Part shown: piece by piece, positions 24,132 to 36,500 of the stretch
How positions within the stretch are numbered: the stretch's first letter is position 1
Layout: the number at the start of each line of letters is the position of its first letter
Origin: Balanoglossus misakiensis
Taxonomy: Eukaryota; Animalia; Hemichordata
Assembly: GCA_040954595.2 (NCBI GenBank)
Contig: CM082584.2
Location: forward strand, 3,848,110-3,912,109
Length of the DNA stretch: 64,000 nt
Direction: 5' to 3'
Position numbers and translations under genes: made by a program
Notes under the pieces: generated by a model
Databases searched by the model: none
Seen by the model: the letters and a program-made list of their open reading frames with translations, nothing else
Told to the model about the DNA's origin: nothing

Positions 24132-24554
24132 AAATATTCTTATTAAATAAACCACAACAAGATTCTTCTGTTCCCCGCAGTGGTCAAAATCTGAAAAGAT
24201 TAAAATTGTATTTGTACACTTCATGAAAAAAATGTCGCCAAATGTATTGGCCTCTTGACATTTCTATATTCGGAATAAATGCAACATATTCTCGTGCAAA
24301 ATCTATGAAATGAAATTCAGTACCAAAATTCATTTAGCTAAAGTTTCACATGTTCTTCTGCGTTACATGTAAATTGCATACGCGAAAAGGGATGCCGTGA
24401 GATTGACGTTTATTCTCGCGAGATCAGCTTCCCGCCACAACCTCACGTGTATAAATACAAGCCGTGTCCATGTCAGCTGTTGGCACTGGGTAGTCAATCG
24501 CTTATCATAGTGATACTGTTGTTGTTTCCATTTTTGACCCAATTTGTGTTCGTC
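23531..24554. promoter_or_regulatory. Divergent promoter region between PNKP and UHRF1
   Basis: ~1 kb between start codons. NRF1-like CGCATGCGCA ~23676, E2F-like CGCGAAAA 24381 and TTCCCGCC 24429, TCTCGCGAGA 24414-24423, TATAAATA 24450. Confidence 0.65.
24030..24131. repeat. (GTT)n(GAT)n trinucleotide microsatellite
   Basis: Directly visible. Confidence 0.95.
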
Positions 24555-27500
24555 ATGTGGATACAAGTTCGTAGCATGGATGGAAAGAAGTCCGTCCAAG
24601 TTGACGGACTTTCAAAACTAACCAAGATAGAAGATTTAAGAGACAAATTGGAGATTCTGTTCGAAGCTCCCCCGGAAAGACAACGCCTGTTCTACCGAGG
24701 CAAGCAGGTAAGCAGATTATGAACAAACTTCGAACTGTCATTGTTTGGTATTATCGTCACTCGCCAATAAACCATGGAATAAGTCGTAAACATAGTCAAT
24801 TATCTTGCCAAACTGTTTTGCATTGTGACTTTCATTGAGGACAATCGCGGCCTATTGAAGGGGGGCATGGCAACTAACTGTGCGCTGTTTTCTAAATGGA
24901 TCGACGGCTTGCCCCCACACACACGAGTAACCCAGAAATGAAGTGTGTTTTTGAATCGTTCGTCAAACCGGGAAATGAAAGAATGATGTGTCTAGTGTTA
25001 ACGAGCAACCCTGACCTTAGAATATCAGGAGAACTCCGTGTTTATTACTGTTGCATATTCTAAGACCAATCACATGCAATATTCGTTAATCCATGCATAA
25101 TCGCTTCTAAGGGTTGTTTCAGGTCGCATTCCTTCACAAGTACCCCTTGCCCTCTCCTGTAATGTTAATGTTCAATGTGTCTGAATCCAACTTCTTTTCC
25201 ATGGCTACCCCAGCCAAATGTCTATTCCATTTTGCTGTTGAACTAGGAAATACAGTAAATGGTTTAAATGACGTCAATTTCGTGTCATGTTTTGGTTTAT
25301 AATGCCCCCCCCGCCCGTTTAACACATAACTGTCAGGGCAAATAAACAAGCGTGCCCCCATACAATGGCCCGAAAAAATTAAACCTCTCCGCGGGAGAAA
25401 GTGGAACTCGGTAGGTTCAACACAATGTTGTCAGAGGGCAATTGCAAGTTACATTGCACCAGGAACGGCTAGGAGCCATTATATTATTTGTAACGCTGAT
25501 AAAGTGATAGAACAGACAATCGCCATTTCCTGCCTTGTCTATGCTTATCATGAAAACTTAGCTCTGCGCCGTACTGGTCTGTAGTGGAGGTTTGTAATGC
25601 CGGGAACACACACCTCTACACAGAGCTCAGTTTTATACAATACTAAATTTTAGAAAGTTATCAAAACTGCAGTCCCATGGAAATACTTATTAAGTGAATT
25701 CAAAGAGAAACTGATAACTTGTACCACTCTAAAGTGTGAATGTTATTGATGGCATAATTTCAGAATGTGCCAAACAAAACAAAACAGTCCATTTGCTGCA
25801 TGTTAAAGCGAAAGTTCAATGAGGCTGTGTGTTTTTTTTGCATAATGTCCTAGCTTTGGTTCAGTAATTCAGGAAAAACCATTTCACCACTTATAATTTT
25901 TTTTTTTACAAAAAGGTGAACAATACATGTACTTGTGGGATTTGCATTTCTAGGACGTTTTAAACTTAATGCATTGCTGACAGAAAATGACCAAAATAAA
26001 ATCTTTAAGGCTCTTTTAAATATTAGTTAAAGTAACTTACCATCTCTTCCATATTTACTAATCTTTTATTCCTATCAAAATTTGGCCAAATTTTCTTTTG
26101 CTATAAACTGTGGCAAACTGTATCCAAAAACTGTTTGCCACATGTGATTTCAATTCACATTTGCGTATAAGGCAGCTTGAACACCAAATTGAGCATTTTA
26201 GCATCTGTAGATTGTGCTCTTGTGCAATCAAAATGGCATGTGATCTCATATTATCCCTGTCGTTTTTTTCCAGTTAGAAGATGGACACACGTTATTTGAC
26301 TACAATGTTGGACTGAATGAAATCGTGCAAATCCTGCTGCGCTCAAATCAAAATGGCTTTGTTCCCGTGATCCCGACGACAGAGGAAGTAACATGCAACG
26401 GACATGAAAGTGAGTCGGGTACCTCGTCTCCAACAAACAGTGAAAACGCATCAGGAAATGGTGATACTGATATGAATGATGCAGCGCCCTCAACATCAAA
26501 CAGCAGTTCTGAAGAGTGTTTGAATAGTGTGTTTAAGGTATGGAGATTATTGATAATTTGATTTTAACCGACTCTGTTTTGAGAATGTTCTAACTTGCTA
26601 CTGATTCATTAGTCACTGTTTGTGCTCAGTCGGAATGTAGGTCGGCTATTTGACCGTAAATTGCTCTGTTTTCTGGTTCTGGTGAAGCCTTCAACGTTCA
26701 GTCATACTCGCAACCGGAAGTGGCGTGCAAAAGTCCTGGGCAAGTTTTACATGTATTGAATATTCATGAGACATGGATATACACCAAGATGCATATGCTA
26801 AACAGATGACTATCCTTGGCTACGCAAGGAGTGGGAAATGGAGGGTCCTTTTCCTGGTAATGAGTAGGCGGAAATTAAAACTAGGAAAAGAACACCCACC
26901 TAATTTTGGCCAGATCATTTGACTCAAAGTTTCCAAATTTCACATCTCGATCTTAATACTTAATGGAAAGTTAATATTGAGCAGAGTGATAAGGTTTTAA
27001 ATTTTATCAAACCGGTCTCATATTGGGGTCTAACACACACACACACACTATTAAGACGGTTTTGAAGTGTCTTAGACCTGATGCCGTCTTAAAAAAATAT
27101 GTGTAGACAGTGTATAATGGTTCTGAAACGTCTCACATTTGAGACGGCTTTGCTGGCCAGACCACAGCTGGTATAAATATGGAGGGTCTCAGCCAATCAT
27201 GACAATCCTGCATCTATGTCTCTATTGCACTGATATAATATAATAAACTTTATATTTATAATTTGTCATTTTATAGTCAAAGCTATGAACTACTAGAAAA
27301 AGGATCTACCATTTCTTATTTGTCAATGTTCTTTCTTTACTTCAGGTTGGTGATATTGTAGATGCCATGGATTTGTCAATGGGTGCCTGGTTTGAGGCTG
27401 AGCTTGTTCGAATCACTATGAGGAACACTAGTCAAGGTGTAGGTGATGGAGACAATACTGAAGGTGATGGTGATAATACAAAAGGTGATGATGACAATAC

Positions 27501-30500
27501 CGAAGGTGATGGTGACATTACCAAAGGTGATGGTGAAAATGCCATAGGTGATGGTGACAAAACCGAAGAGAGTGCCACAAACAGTTTGCCAAATGGCACG
27601 GAAATTCAAACGGAAAATGTCGGTGAAGACTGCATCGATGGCATGTGTGAGGTTGATGTGAACGGCCAGGATAGTGAGGAAGGCAGGACAGACACCAGCC
27701 AAGTTGACACCACCAACTCTGCATCTGTCGTTGACGATGACACCAAAGTGACATGTGACAAAATGGACACTGGAGAATCATGTGATCAGAAACTGACCAA
27801 TGGAGTGAATGGAGTGTCGGATTCAGTCGACGATGATGGTTTTCTCTACCATGTGAAATGGGAAGGGTAAGATTAATGCATTTTGCATTTTCCCTTAAAA
27901 TATGTATTTGCCACTTTTTCTTCTAAAATGTATTTTGACTGTCGTGACATGGCTCTCATAAGTACTTAGACACACTTGGCAGTCTGAGCCCCCTGTAAAT
28001 GTACCTAATCGCACTGGTTTGTACTGTATTGGTCTGAGGGTCTTGTATAGGCCCTACTGAATAACACACACTTGGCAGTCTAACAGGCCTGGGAGCCAGG
28101 ATTCTAGGCACCCTGGAAATCCAACCAGTTTCAACTGACTTGGTAGCGTTAGGGTTAATCGGGTTTATAATACCTGCATATACTTCAGTGCATACATCTG
28201 TATGGGCTAATACCAGTTTTAGTACAATTTGAAAAAAAATATGATAAGTTAAATTAATGGTAACACAGACTGAAATAACTGCTTGACCATGAATGTCTAA
28301 GGAGTAGATTCATGTGATTTATTTCATGGAACAAGCAAAAGGCAAGAACATATAGAGGCATTTTTGTACAAATTTGTGTGTGAGGAGGCTTCACCTTTGG
28401 TGACCTTTTCTGTCATGCAAATTAGTTCACTTCAACTTCCGGACTTGGGTTTCAAAATTATGCCGGAACTTTTATGAATTAGGGTGTGTGTGTATGTTTG
28501 TTTATCCCAAGCCATTATCTGAGGCCAGGTTTATGCATGAATCGTGTGTATTTGACACAGTGATATGTTAAAGTAAAAATTGGATTCAACTAATCAGGTT
28601 TAACACATATGTCCTGCAGGTTTTGTTATGTAAAAGAAAAAAAGAACCTGTCATGACCCAGAAGCATAATGTATATTTGTTAAAAATGACACATCATGTT
28701 TTGCAGTGTATCATTATCAAGACAGCGAAAGTAACTTTCAGATTTAGTGGTGTTGTATAGTCTTGTTACGTTAGAGTTGTGTTGCATTTGGGTACAATTT
28801 CTACAATTTAAAGGCTCTACAGATAGCAATTTGTCTTCAGGTTGAGATTATAATATGGTTGTGATCACCAAATAGAGAGGTGAGGGGGAGATGCTTCTTC
28901 CATTTTTGCGAGATTTTTATCCGTAAAATGTTGGTCTTTCATCAGATATGAAGAAACCGTGGCATTGTGCAGTAAATATATTCGACCAAGAGCTCGGACC
29001 ATCTATGATTGGGACGATTTGGAAATTGGGATGAAAGTAATGGCGAATTACAATTCGGATAATCCTGAGCAACGTGGTTACTGGTATGATGTAGAAATAA
29101 CAGACAAGGTGAGTATGTTTATATGTTGCCCAGAGAGGCTATCTTGATTGACAGTGAGATAATTATTTTGCTCAAGCCTTTCTATGCATTATTTAACAAG
29201 TGAAAATCACTTTTACAGCAATTTTTATTTTATATATTTTCTCTTCAGCACAGCTTTAAAGGGACAAAGTCTCTCTCTCGCTGCCCTTTTTCATTAATTA
29301 TGTTTGATACAAGACACCGTTTAATGCCACAATAAATCTCTTTCCAGTTTCCACTTCAATTTTAGCAATTTTTCTTCAATTGAATCCGACTATGAAATGT
29401 CTCATGTATTTTTTTTTCTTTCAAATTTTCTCTTTCCATAGAGAGATTCAAGAACAAATAAAGAGCTGCGTGGAACTGTATTTCTTGGTATTGGAGGCGA
29501 TGTTTTACATAATTGTCGTATTGTGTTTATAGATGAAATCTTTAAAATAGAGAAAGTAAGCGAGGTCAACAGAGATGTGATATCGAACCCGGATGGTGCA
29601 CTTTTCAAACGTAAGTTTCACTCAAAAACTTGGTAAACCCTGTAAATTACCCACTTTGTTCTATCATAGACCTGTCCTGCAATGAAATATCACACACAGA
29701 CTACTGCAGTGTTCTATGAAAAAATAGATGCAGGATTAGTCACATGTTAGCTGTACAAAATAAATCAACGTTGGTGAGCGTGTTCATGGAGAACCAGTGC
29801 GCCCTCTAAGACCATATGATGCGCCACTGACTGAACAAACTCACTGGTGACTCAACAAAATAATCCACAAAGCATGCAAAAGTATAGGGACTGACTCAGA
29901 GAACCCTCCAATCGACTCTGGGCTTTTCAAGATTATGTTTGTTAGAGGGCACACTGCGTGGGAAGACATATATTTTGTTGGTTGTTGTTTTTTTGCACAT
30001 AGTTTCATTTGTACCATGGAGTGTTTGAATTCCGTGATTTACCTGATGCAAATGAATTTCTAGTGGAAACATGAGTCGATCTGCTGGTAGATTGTGCATG
30101 TGTGTGCTGGCTGTTCAAAAGATGTTTTCCTACGTAATGCTGTGCCCTGCTGTGATTGAGGGGGGGGGGGGGGGGTGTTCCTATCAGTGTACAACAGAGA
30201 ATTGAAGCAGCATTACTGTTTGTACGTACACCTGCTCAATAGTTAATGGATAATATGGGAAGAAACAAATGTTTTGCTGCATGGAATGTTCAAATTCCTG
30301 TAACAAATTCTCAAAGAAGCCCAGAAAAAGTGAAAACAGACCTGGTCTGTGCAATGTTTTATTTCTTCTATTATATATTCATATTTTGTCAGGTACAACT
30401 CTGCCAGAGTGTGATCGCTGCAAAGATAATCCAAGGAGAAAATGTAAATTTTGTGCTTGTCATATTTGTGGAGGCAAGCATGACCCAGATAAACAACTGA

Positions 30501-33500
30501 TGTGTGATGAGTGTGACATGGCCTATCATTTGAACTGTCTAGATCCCCCATTGGAATCCATACCTGAAGTTGATGATTGGTAGGTCTATTTTGGAAGAAT
30601 TTTCACAGCTTTTAGATGATTGGGGCCCCTGGTATCTTTGTCATGTAGCAAGAAATGTTTATTAGACAAGGAGATTCCCCAGCCTCCAGTCTTGGGGCTG
30701 GTCTGCTTGTTGTCTTCAATAACACATGATACAATGAAAATGGTTTGAGCTGCATGTACACTTAAAGGGACAAAGTCTCTCTCTCGCTGCCCTTTTTCCA
30801 TTAATTATGTTTGATACAAGACACCGATTATGTTATTCTACATGTGGATATATGATCAATCAACAGTGGTGTGTTGTGTAACACATTGACAGGCCATATT
30901 GGGGTTACAGGAAAAATTCTAAGCATGCACATCAAGAATCGTTGCTGGAGAGACCAAACCGAGTGACATTACGTACAACAGAGCAATAGGTTCCCCAAAC
31001 AGATTGTGTTTTTCCCCTCCAATATGAGTGTGTTGCAGTTGGTCAAGGAATAAGGGAAGACTGTGTGACTAATAAATAGTCATGTACATACACATATATA
31101 TTCTTGTCAGAATTGAAGCAAATAATCTTCTTATCTTTTGCTTCTGGCCAGGTATTGTCCAAAATGTAAGAATGACTCGGTTGTCATAAAAGCTGGAGAA
31201 AAACTGAAAAACAGCAAAAAGAAGCAAAAAATGGCATCTGCCACATCATCAACGAACAGAGACTGGGGAAAGGTAATTATTGGTATGACCTACTCACTAG
31301 CTGTGTGCCTGTCATTCCTATTACTTTGCGTGCTTAACCGTTTCACCACCTTGGTTTGGTCCAACTCCATTGTTTTCAATAGCAGGGGGTTGAAAAAATT
31401 GAGGAAGGGACTATTGAAATGCAGTACATGTTTTAATCTCATTTCATAGGCTTATGCTTAGAATTTTGAGAAAACAATGTTGCAATATTGTCATTGATTG
31501 AGCTCTCATCCAATCAGAATGGTGAATGGTAGCATGATATAATATAATTTATGAAAGAGCTGTTCAAGTATCTTGAGTAGTAATCATTCACAATTTTACA
31601 GCAAGGGACAAAAATTTCATTATATAGGTACATAATTTGGAAAGAGTGTTGTTTTGATATAAAATGGTAGACAGTTGCTGACAAGGAATATCCCTTGATA
31701 ATTAATTATTCAAATGTGTCGTCTACCAATCCTTCGAACCCCTGACCATTGTAAACTGATTTGGCATAAATCTATTCAGTAAATCTTTCCACTACTTTTA
31801 TGGCAGGGCATGGCATGTGTTGGCAGGACTAAAGTCTGCACAATTGTTCCCTCCAACCATTTTGGAGAGATCCCAGGCACCCAAGTTGGACAGATGTGGA
31901 AGTTTAGAGTTCAAGTAAGTCCTGTTTGGCGTGATGATTGTCATGGGTGCATATTTTGACATACTAATTTGTGATTTTGTTTCAGTCACCAGTGTACAGA
32001 TATCTTTGAAGGATAGCGACTTTCAAGTTTGTGTTTTGTATGTCCATTTAAATCCTGCCATATCACAGTTTCAGTTTCAATATGATTACAAGGTCTAAAA
32101 AGTCAGGTTGCAGACATCATGTACACGATTGGAACCCTGGCTTATACTAGGGTTATTGAGTGCCCAATATACCCAAGTACACTCAAAGGGCAAGAAAAAG
32201 GCTGGCTGTCACAGTGCGTTGACATTTCAGTCTGTGTGGTGCATTTGAGCATATATAACCCCGATATTTGTTGACTTGATAGGTCAGTGAGGCAGGTGTT
32301 CATCGTCCCCATGTTGCTGGCATTCATGGACGTGAAAATGAAGGTGCATACTCTATCGTATTGTCCGGAGGATATGAAGATGATTTGGTAAGTTTGAATC
32401 AAATGTGCACTATGCTGTTTTATAAGTTTGTGTATAACCGCTGAGGCTCGGTCCCATATGCCTTGTTCTCACTAAAAGTTTCGACACCAGTGTTATGCCA
32501 GTGTTTACTCTCTACAAACACAAGGGATTAGCCCACAGAATCTCCGTGCGTCCACACACTAAACTTTTGGCCACTCTTTTGAAATAAACACCGTCTAAAT
32601 CGCCATGTTTAGCAACACGGCAACTAACAAAATTGAGGATGTCGAGGACATTACAGCAACATGTTTCAGTTTCTATACCTGCATATGCGTTCTAGACGAC
32701 TTTGTGACAGTTTTGATAATGTTTATTATTATACATCTAGTGCCGAGAACAATAGATTTTGGCGTGCAATAAAAAGCCGTACGGAACGGTACGTACGGAA
32801 CGCGCGTTAAATAAGTTTTAGGTTTCAAGGCGCCCCAACTCACCGTGTACAGGTATGCGTTGTTATGCGGACGGTTTCAAGGCGCCCCCACTCCAACGCA
32901 CGTGCGCACACGTAAACAAAAAACAAAGATGGCTGCTCACTGAGTCAACTGAGCGGTTTTCGATCGATTGTATCGGCATTTTTGGCGTTTTGAAAGCCAA
33001 GTAACATGCAAAACAAGAACTAACGGAGATGTAAGATGTATAATAATAAGGTTATTACGAAAATACCGCAAAGTATGCACTCGGACATTAGCGCAGCGCA
33101 TCGCCCTCCGCTGCGCGTCGGGCGATACTTGGCGCTAATGTCCTCGTGCATACTTTGCGGTATTTTCGTAATAACCTCATAGAAGTAAATGAATGTTAAT
33201 CCATAAATGGAAAATGCCTCAGCTTTTCGGTGATCGAGAGAACTTTCCGAAAGTTGGTAGCAGACAGAAGTGTTGCAGACCTGGCAAACTGCGAATGGTT
33301 TGAAAACCACTCGCGTCCAGTGTGATTGACTTCACAATGGAAACTGACCAAAGACAATGGGCTATACCTAATAAACATACCCAAAAGTCACTGCAGGGTG
33401 GCGCTTTTGAACGGTGTTTGTTTATCTTTGCGTTCTCACTGATTATTTGCGTCGGAGCGCTGGCCCAGCACTGGCCCTGACCCACCACCCATCGCTGTCG

Positions 33501-36500
33501 CAAATTAACACCAAGGTGGGCGGAAGTTGGTCCTGGCGCTTTTTTTCCCATGATTCAAATTACAGTAAACGCCATATTGGAAATTCTGCCAACTTTCCCT
33601 AGATTTTGTAAAAAATCTCGTGACCTATACATGGCGAATATGTTTTTTTCTGAAAGAGAGACATCAAAGCTACCAAATTATGTAGAAATCAGCTACAGCG
33701 GATTTCCCCTTTAACACACACTTGGCAGCCTAACGGGCCTGGGAGCCAGGATTCTGGGCACCCTGGAAATCAAACCAGTTTCAACTGACTTGGCAGCGTT
33801 AGGGTCAAACCGTCCACACATAATAATTTACATTTCAGAACGGTCTAAATGTGTGACCCCCATACTAGAGTGGTATGTTGACCATTAAAAGTAAATTTCA
33901 TGAAACGATATGGTTAGTGGAGCTACGCCAGTGAGTGTTTAAATACATGTATGACACAAAATAAAAACTAATAAATGTTCTGCTTTGTTTTTTAGGATGA
34001 AGGTGACAGCTTTACATACACAGGAAGTGGTGGACGGGATCTTTCTGGAAATAAACGCACAGCTGAACAGTCATGTGATCAAAAACTGACAAAAATGAAT
34101 CTGTAAGTTTAACTGAGTGTGTGCAGATATGAAATGTTGGGAAATGGGTAGTCATTCGTACTTTAACCCTTTTACCCCCAGTTCCCTCTTTATTAGCCTG
34201 GTCTCCATATACCCCAGTGTGTTTTAGATTCACGACACACTACTGATTGGCCGGAGCAATGACCTGGGCGTTGCTAATAGTTGGAAAATAATTAGCATTA
34301 ATTGGCAACATGGTAACAGCCAATCAGTAGTGTGGCGCGTAAAGTGATTGACTTGAACGACCTCAGAGTCAAGACCGTGTGGTGATCTTGTTGCCTTGAC
34401 ATCCCGTTTTGAGTTCTATTGACATGCAGATCATCAAAAAAAGACGAGAGTAGACTGGCGTGTCCAGGCCCTCGTGGGTGAATCTAAAACACACTTAGGT
34501 ATGGAGACCAGGCTACCTCTAATATAGGTCCAACCAACCTGGTATGGCTTTGGACTGAACTATGGGGGTGAAAGGGTTAAGTACAAGGATGTGGCAAATG
34601 TATAGAGAAAATAGGAATACAACACAGAGACTGATTTTTTCGTGTGGCTACTGAGGATTTTATTGTCATTTTGTTATGATTGTAAAGAAAATTGGAATAT
34701 TGCAATGTTAGACAATTTGTGTCACTTTATGAAAGATGCTACCCAGAAATTGCCTGTCCGGTTGTAGTAAAATTTGGTTTGCATGTTCCTAGGCATGTTT
34801 GCTCACAAGTAGACATATACTGTAAAACACTTTATTTTCGTGAGTTGAAATTTTCGCGATATCGAGAGAGGCCACTGTTTCGCAAGTGTTCTCTTATTTC
34901 ATTCACTGCATCGTTATCTTCAAAAAATATTTACGCGACTTTTTATTTACACGCTATTTTGGCTCTCGTGTATTTCGCGAAAATTTATTCCTCGTGAAAA
35001 TAAAGTGTTTTACAGTATTTGGTCATGATTGTGCTATTGTAAAAGTGTCTCTGACTATTTTTGTTGATTTCAGAGCTTTGGCATTAAACGTAAATGCAGA
35101 TTTGGACAAAAAGAATGGAAATGAGGCCAAAGATTGGAGAGCTGGAAAACCTGTCCGAGTTGTCAGAAATTGCAAAGGTCGGAAACATTCCAAATATTCA
35201 CCAGAGGAAGGAAACAGATATGATGGAATTTACAAGGTAAATGTCTTTGGTGAATGTCTGATCATTTAAGCCTTTCACCCCCAGTTTCCTCAATGGAGGT
35301 CCACCTTTACCATAGAAAACAATGGATTTGGACCGAACCATGGTGGTGAAAGGGTTAATGACAGTCATGCTCTGGGATGAGCTTCTGTGAATATGATAGA
35401 GTATTTGGTTTTTTCATCACTCATATACAGGCTTTGTTGAGAATGCTAATAATAGAACATTTCATCAAGCTATCCAGAGTAGAACAAGAAACCAGTTAAT
35501 ACACTGGTGAAATATCCTGCACACGCACATGAAAATGTATAAGGATAAGGATAATACTATTTATTTCTTTAAAAAACGCTTTCAATATAAAAAACATCTC
35601 AAAGTGCCGAACACAACAAGATAAAAAGTAAACAAACAATTAAAATGTTGACACAGATATAGACATGCATGCATGCATGCACACATACATATATACATAC
35701 ATACATACATACATACATACATACATACATACATACATACATACATACATACATACATACATACACACGGTACAGTTATTTGAATAGAAATTTTATGATC
35801 TGGTTTGTATAGATAGTGAAGTATTGGCCTGAGAAGGGCAAAAGTGGTTTCTTGGTTTGGAGATACTTGTTGCGCAGAGACGACCCGATTCCAGCACCGT
35901 GGACATCTGCTGGAAAGAAGAGGATTAAAGAACTGGGATTGAAACTGGAGGTAAGTAAACATTACCACTGTGGATAGGTTACAAGGAAGTATGCAATAAA
36001 TTGGTTTGGTAAGGGGAGGAGATCAAGTTCAAACAGCTGGTACCTCACGAATTTTTTTGATTACACTGGGTACTAACTACTATTGGGGGGGGGGGGCACG
36101 GTAAAGAAATTAGCGGGCTTTGATTGGCATCCATGCATTAACCCTAATGCTACTGGGTGTCATATACCTGTTTCAGTGTCAAGTCCCTTAAAATATGTAT
36201 TTGCCACTTTTTCTTCTAAAATGTAGTTTGACTGTCTTGACATGGCTCTCATACGTACTTAGACACACTTGGCAGTCTGAGCCCCCTGCAAAATGTACCA
36301 AATCGTACTGGTTTGCACTGTATTGGTCTGAGGGTCTTGTATAGGCCCTACTGAATAACACACTTGGCAGTCTAACAGGCCTGGGATCCCGGATTCTAGG
36401 CACCCTGGAAATCAAACCAGTTTCAACTGACTTGGCTGCTTTAGGGTTAAATCTGCTGTTAGTCTGTTAGGTGCATTGTTAGTAAACTTGATTTATATGT

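Noticed and set aside
23958-24224. Poly-Asp and poly-Ile ORFs
   Set aside because: Artefacts of the (GAT)n repeat in the promoter region.
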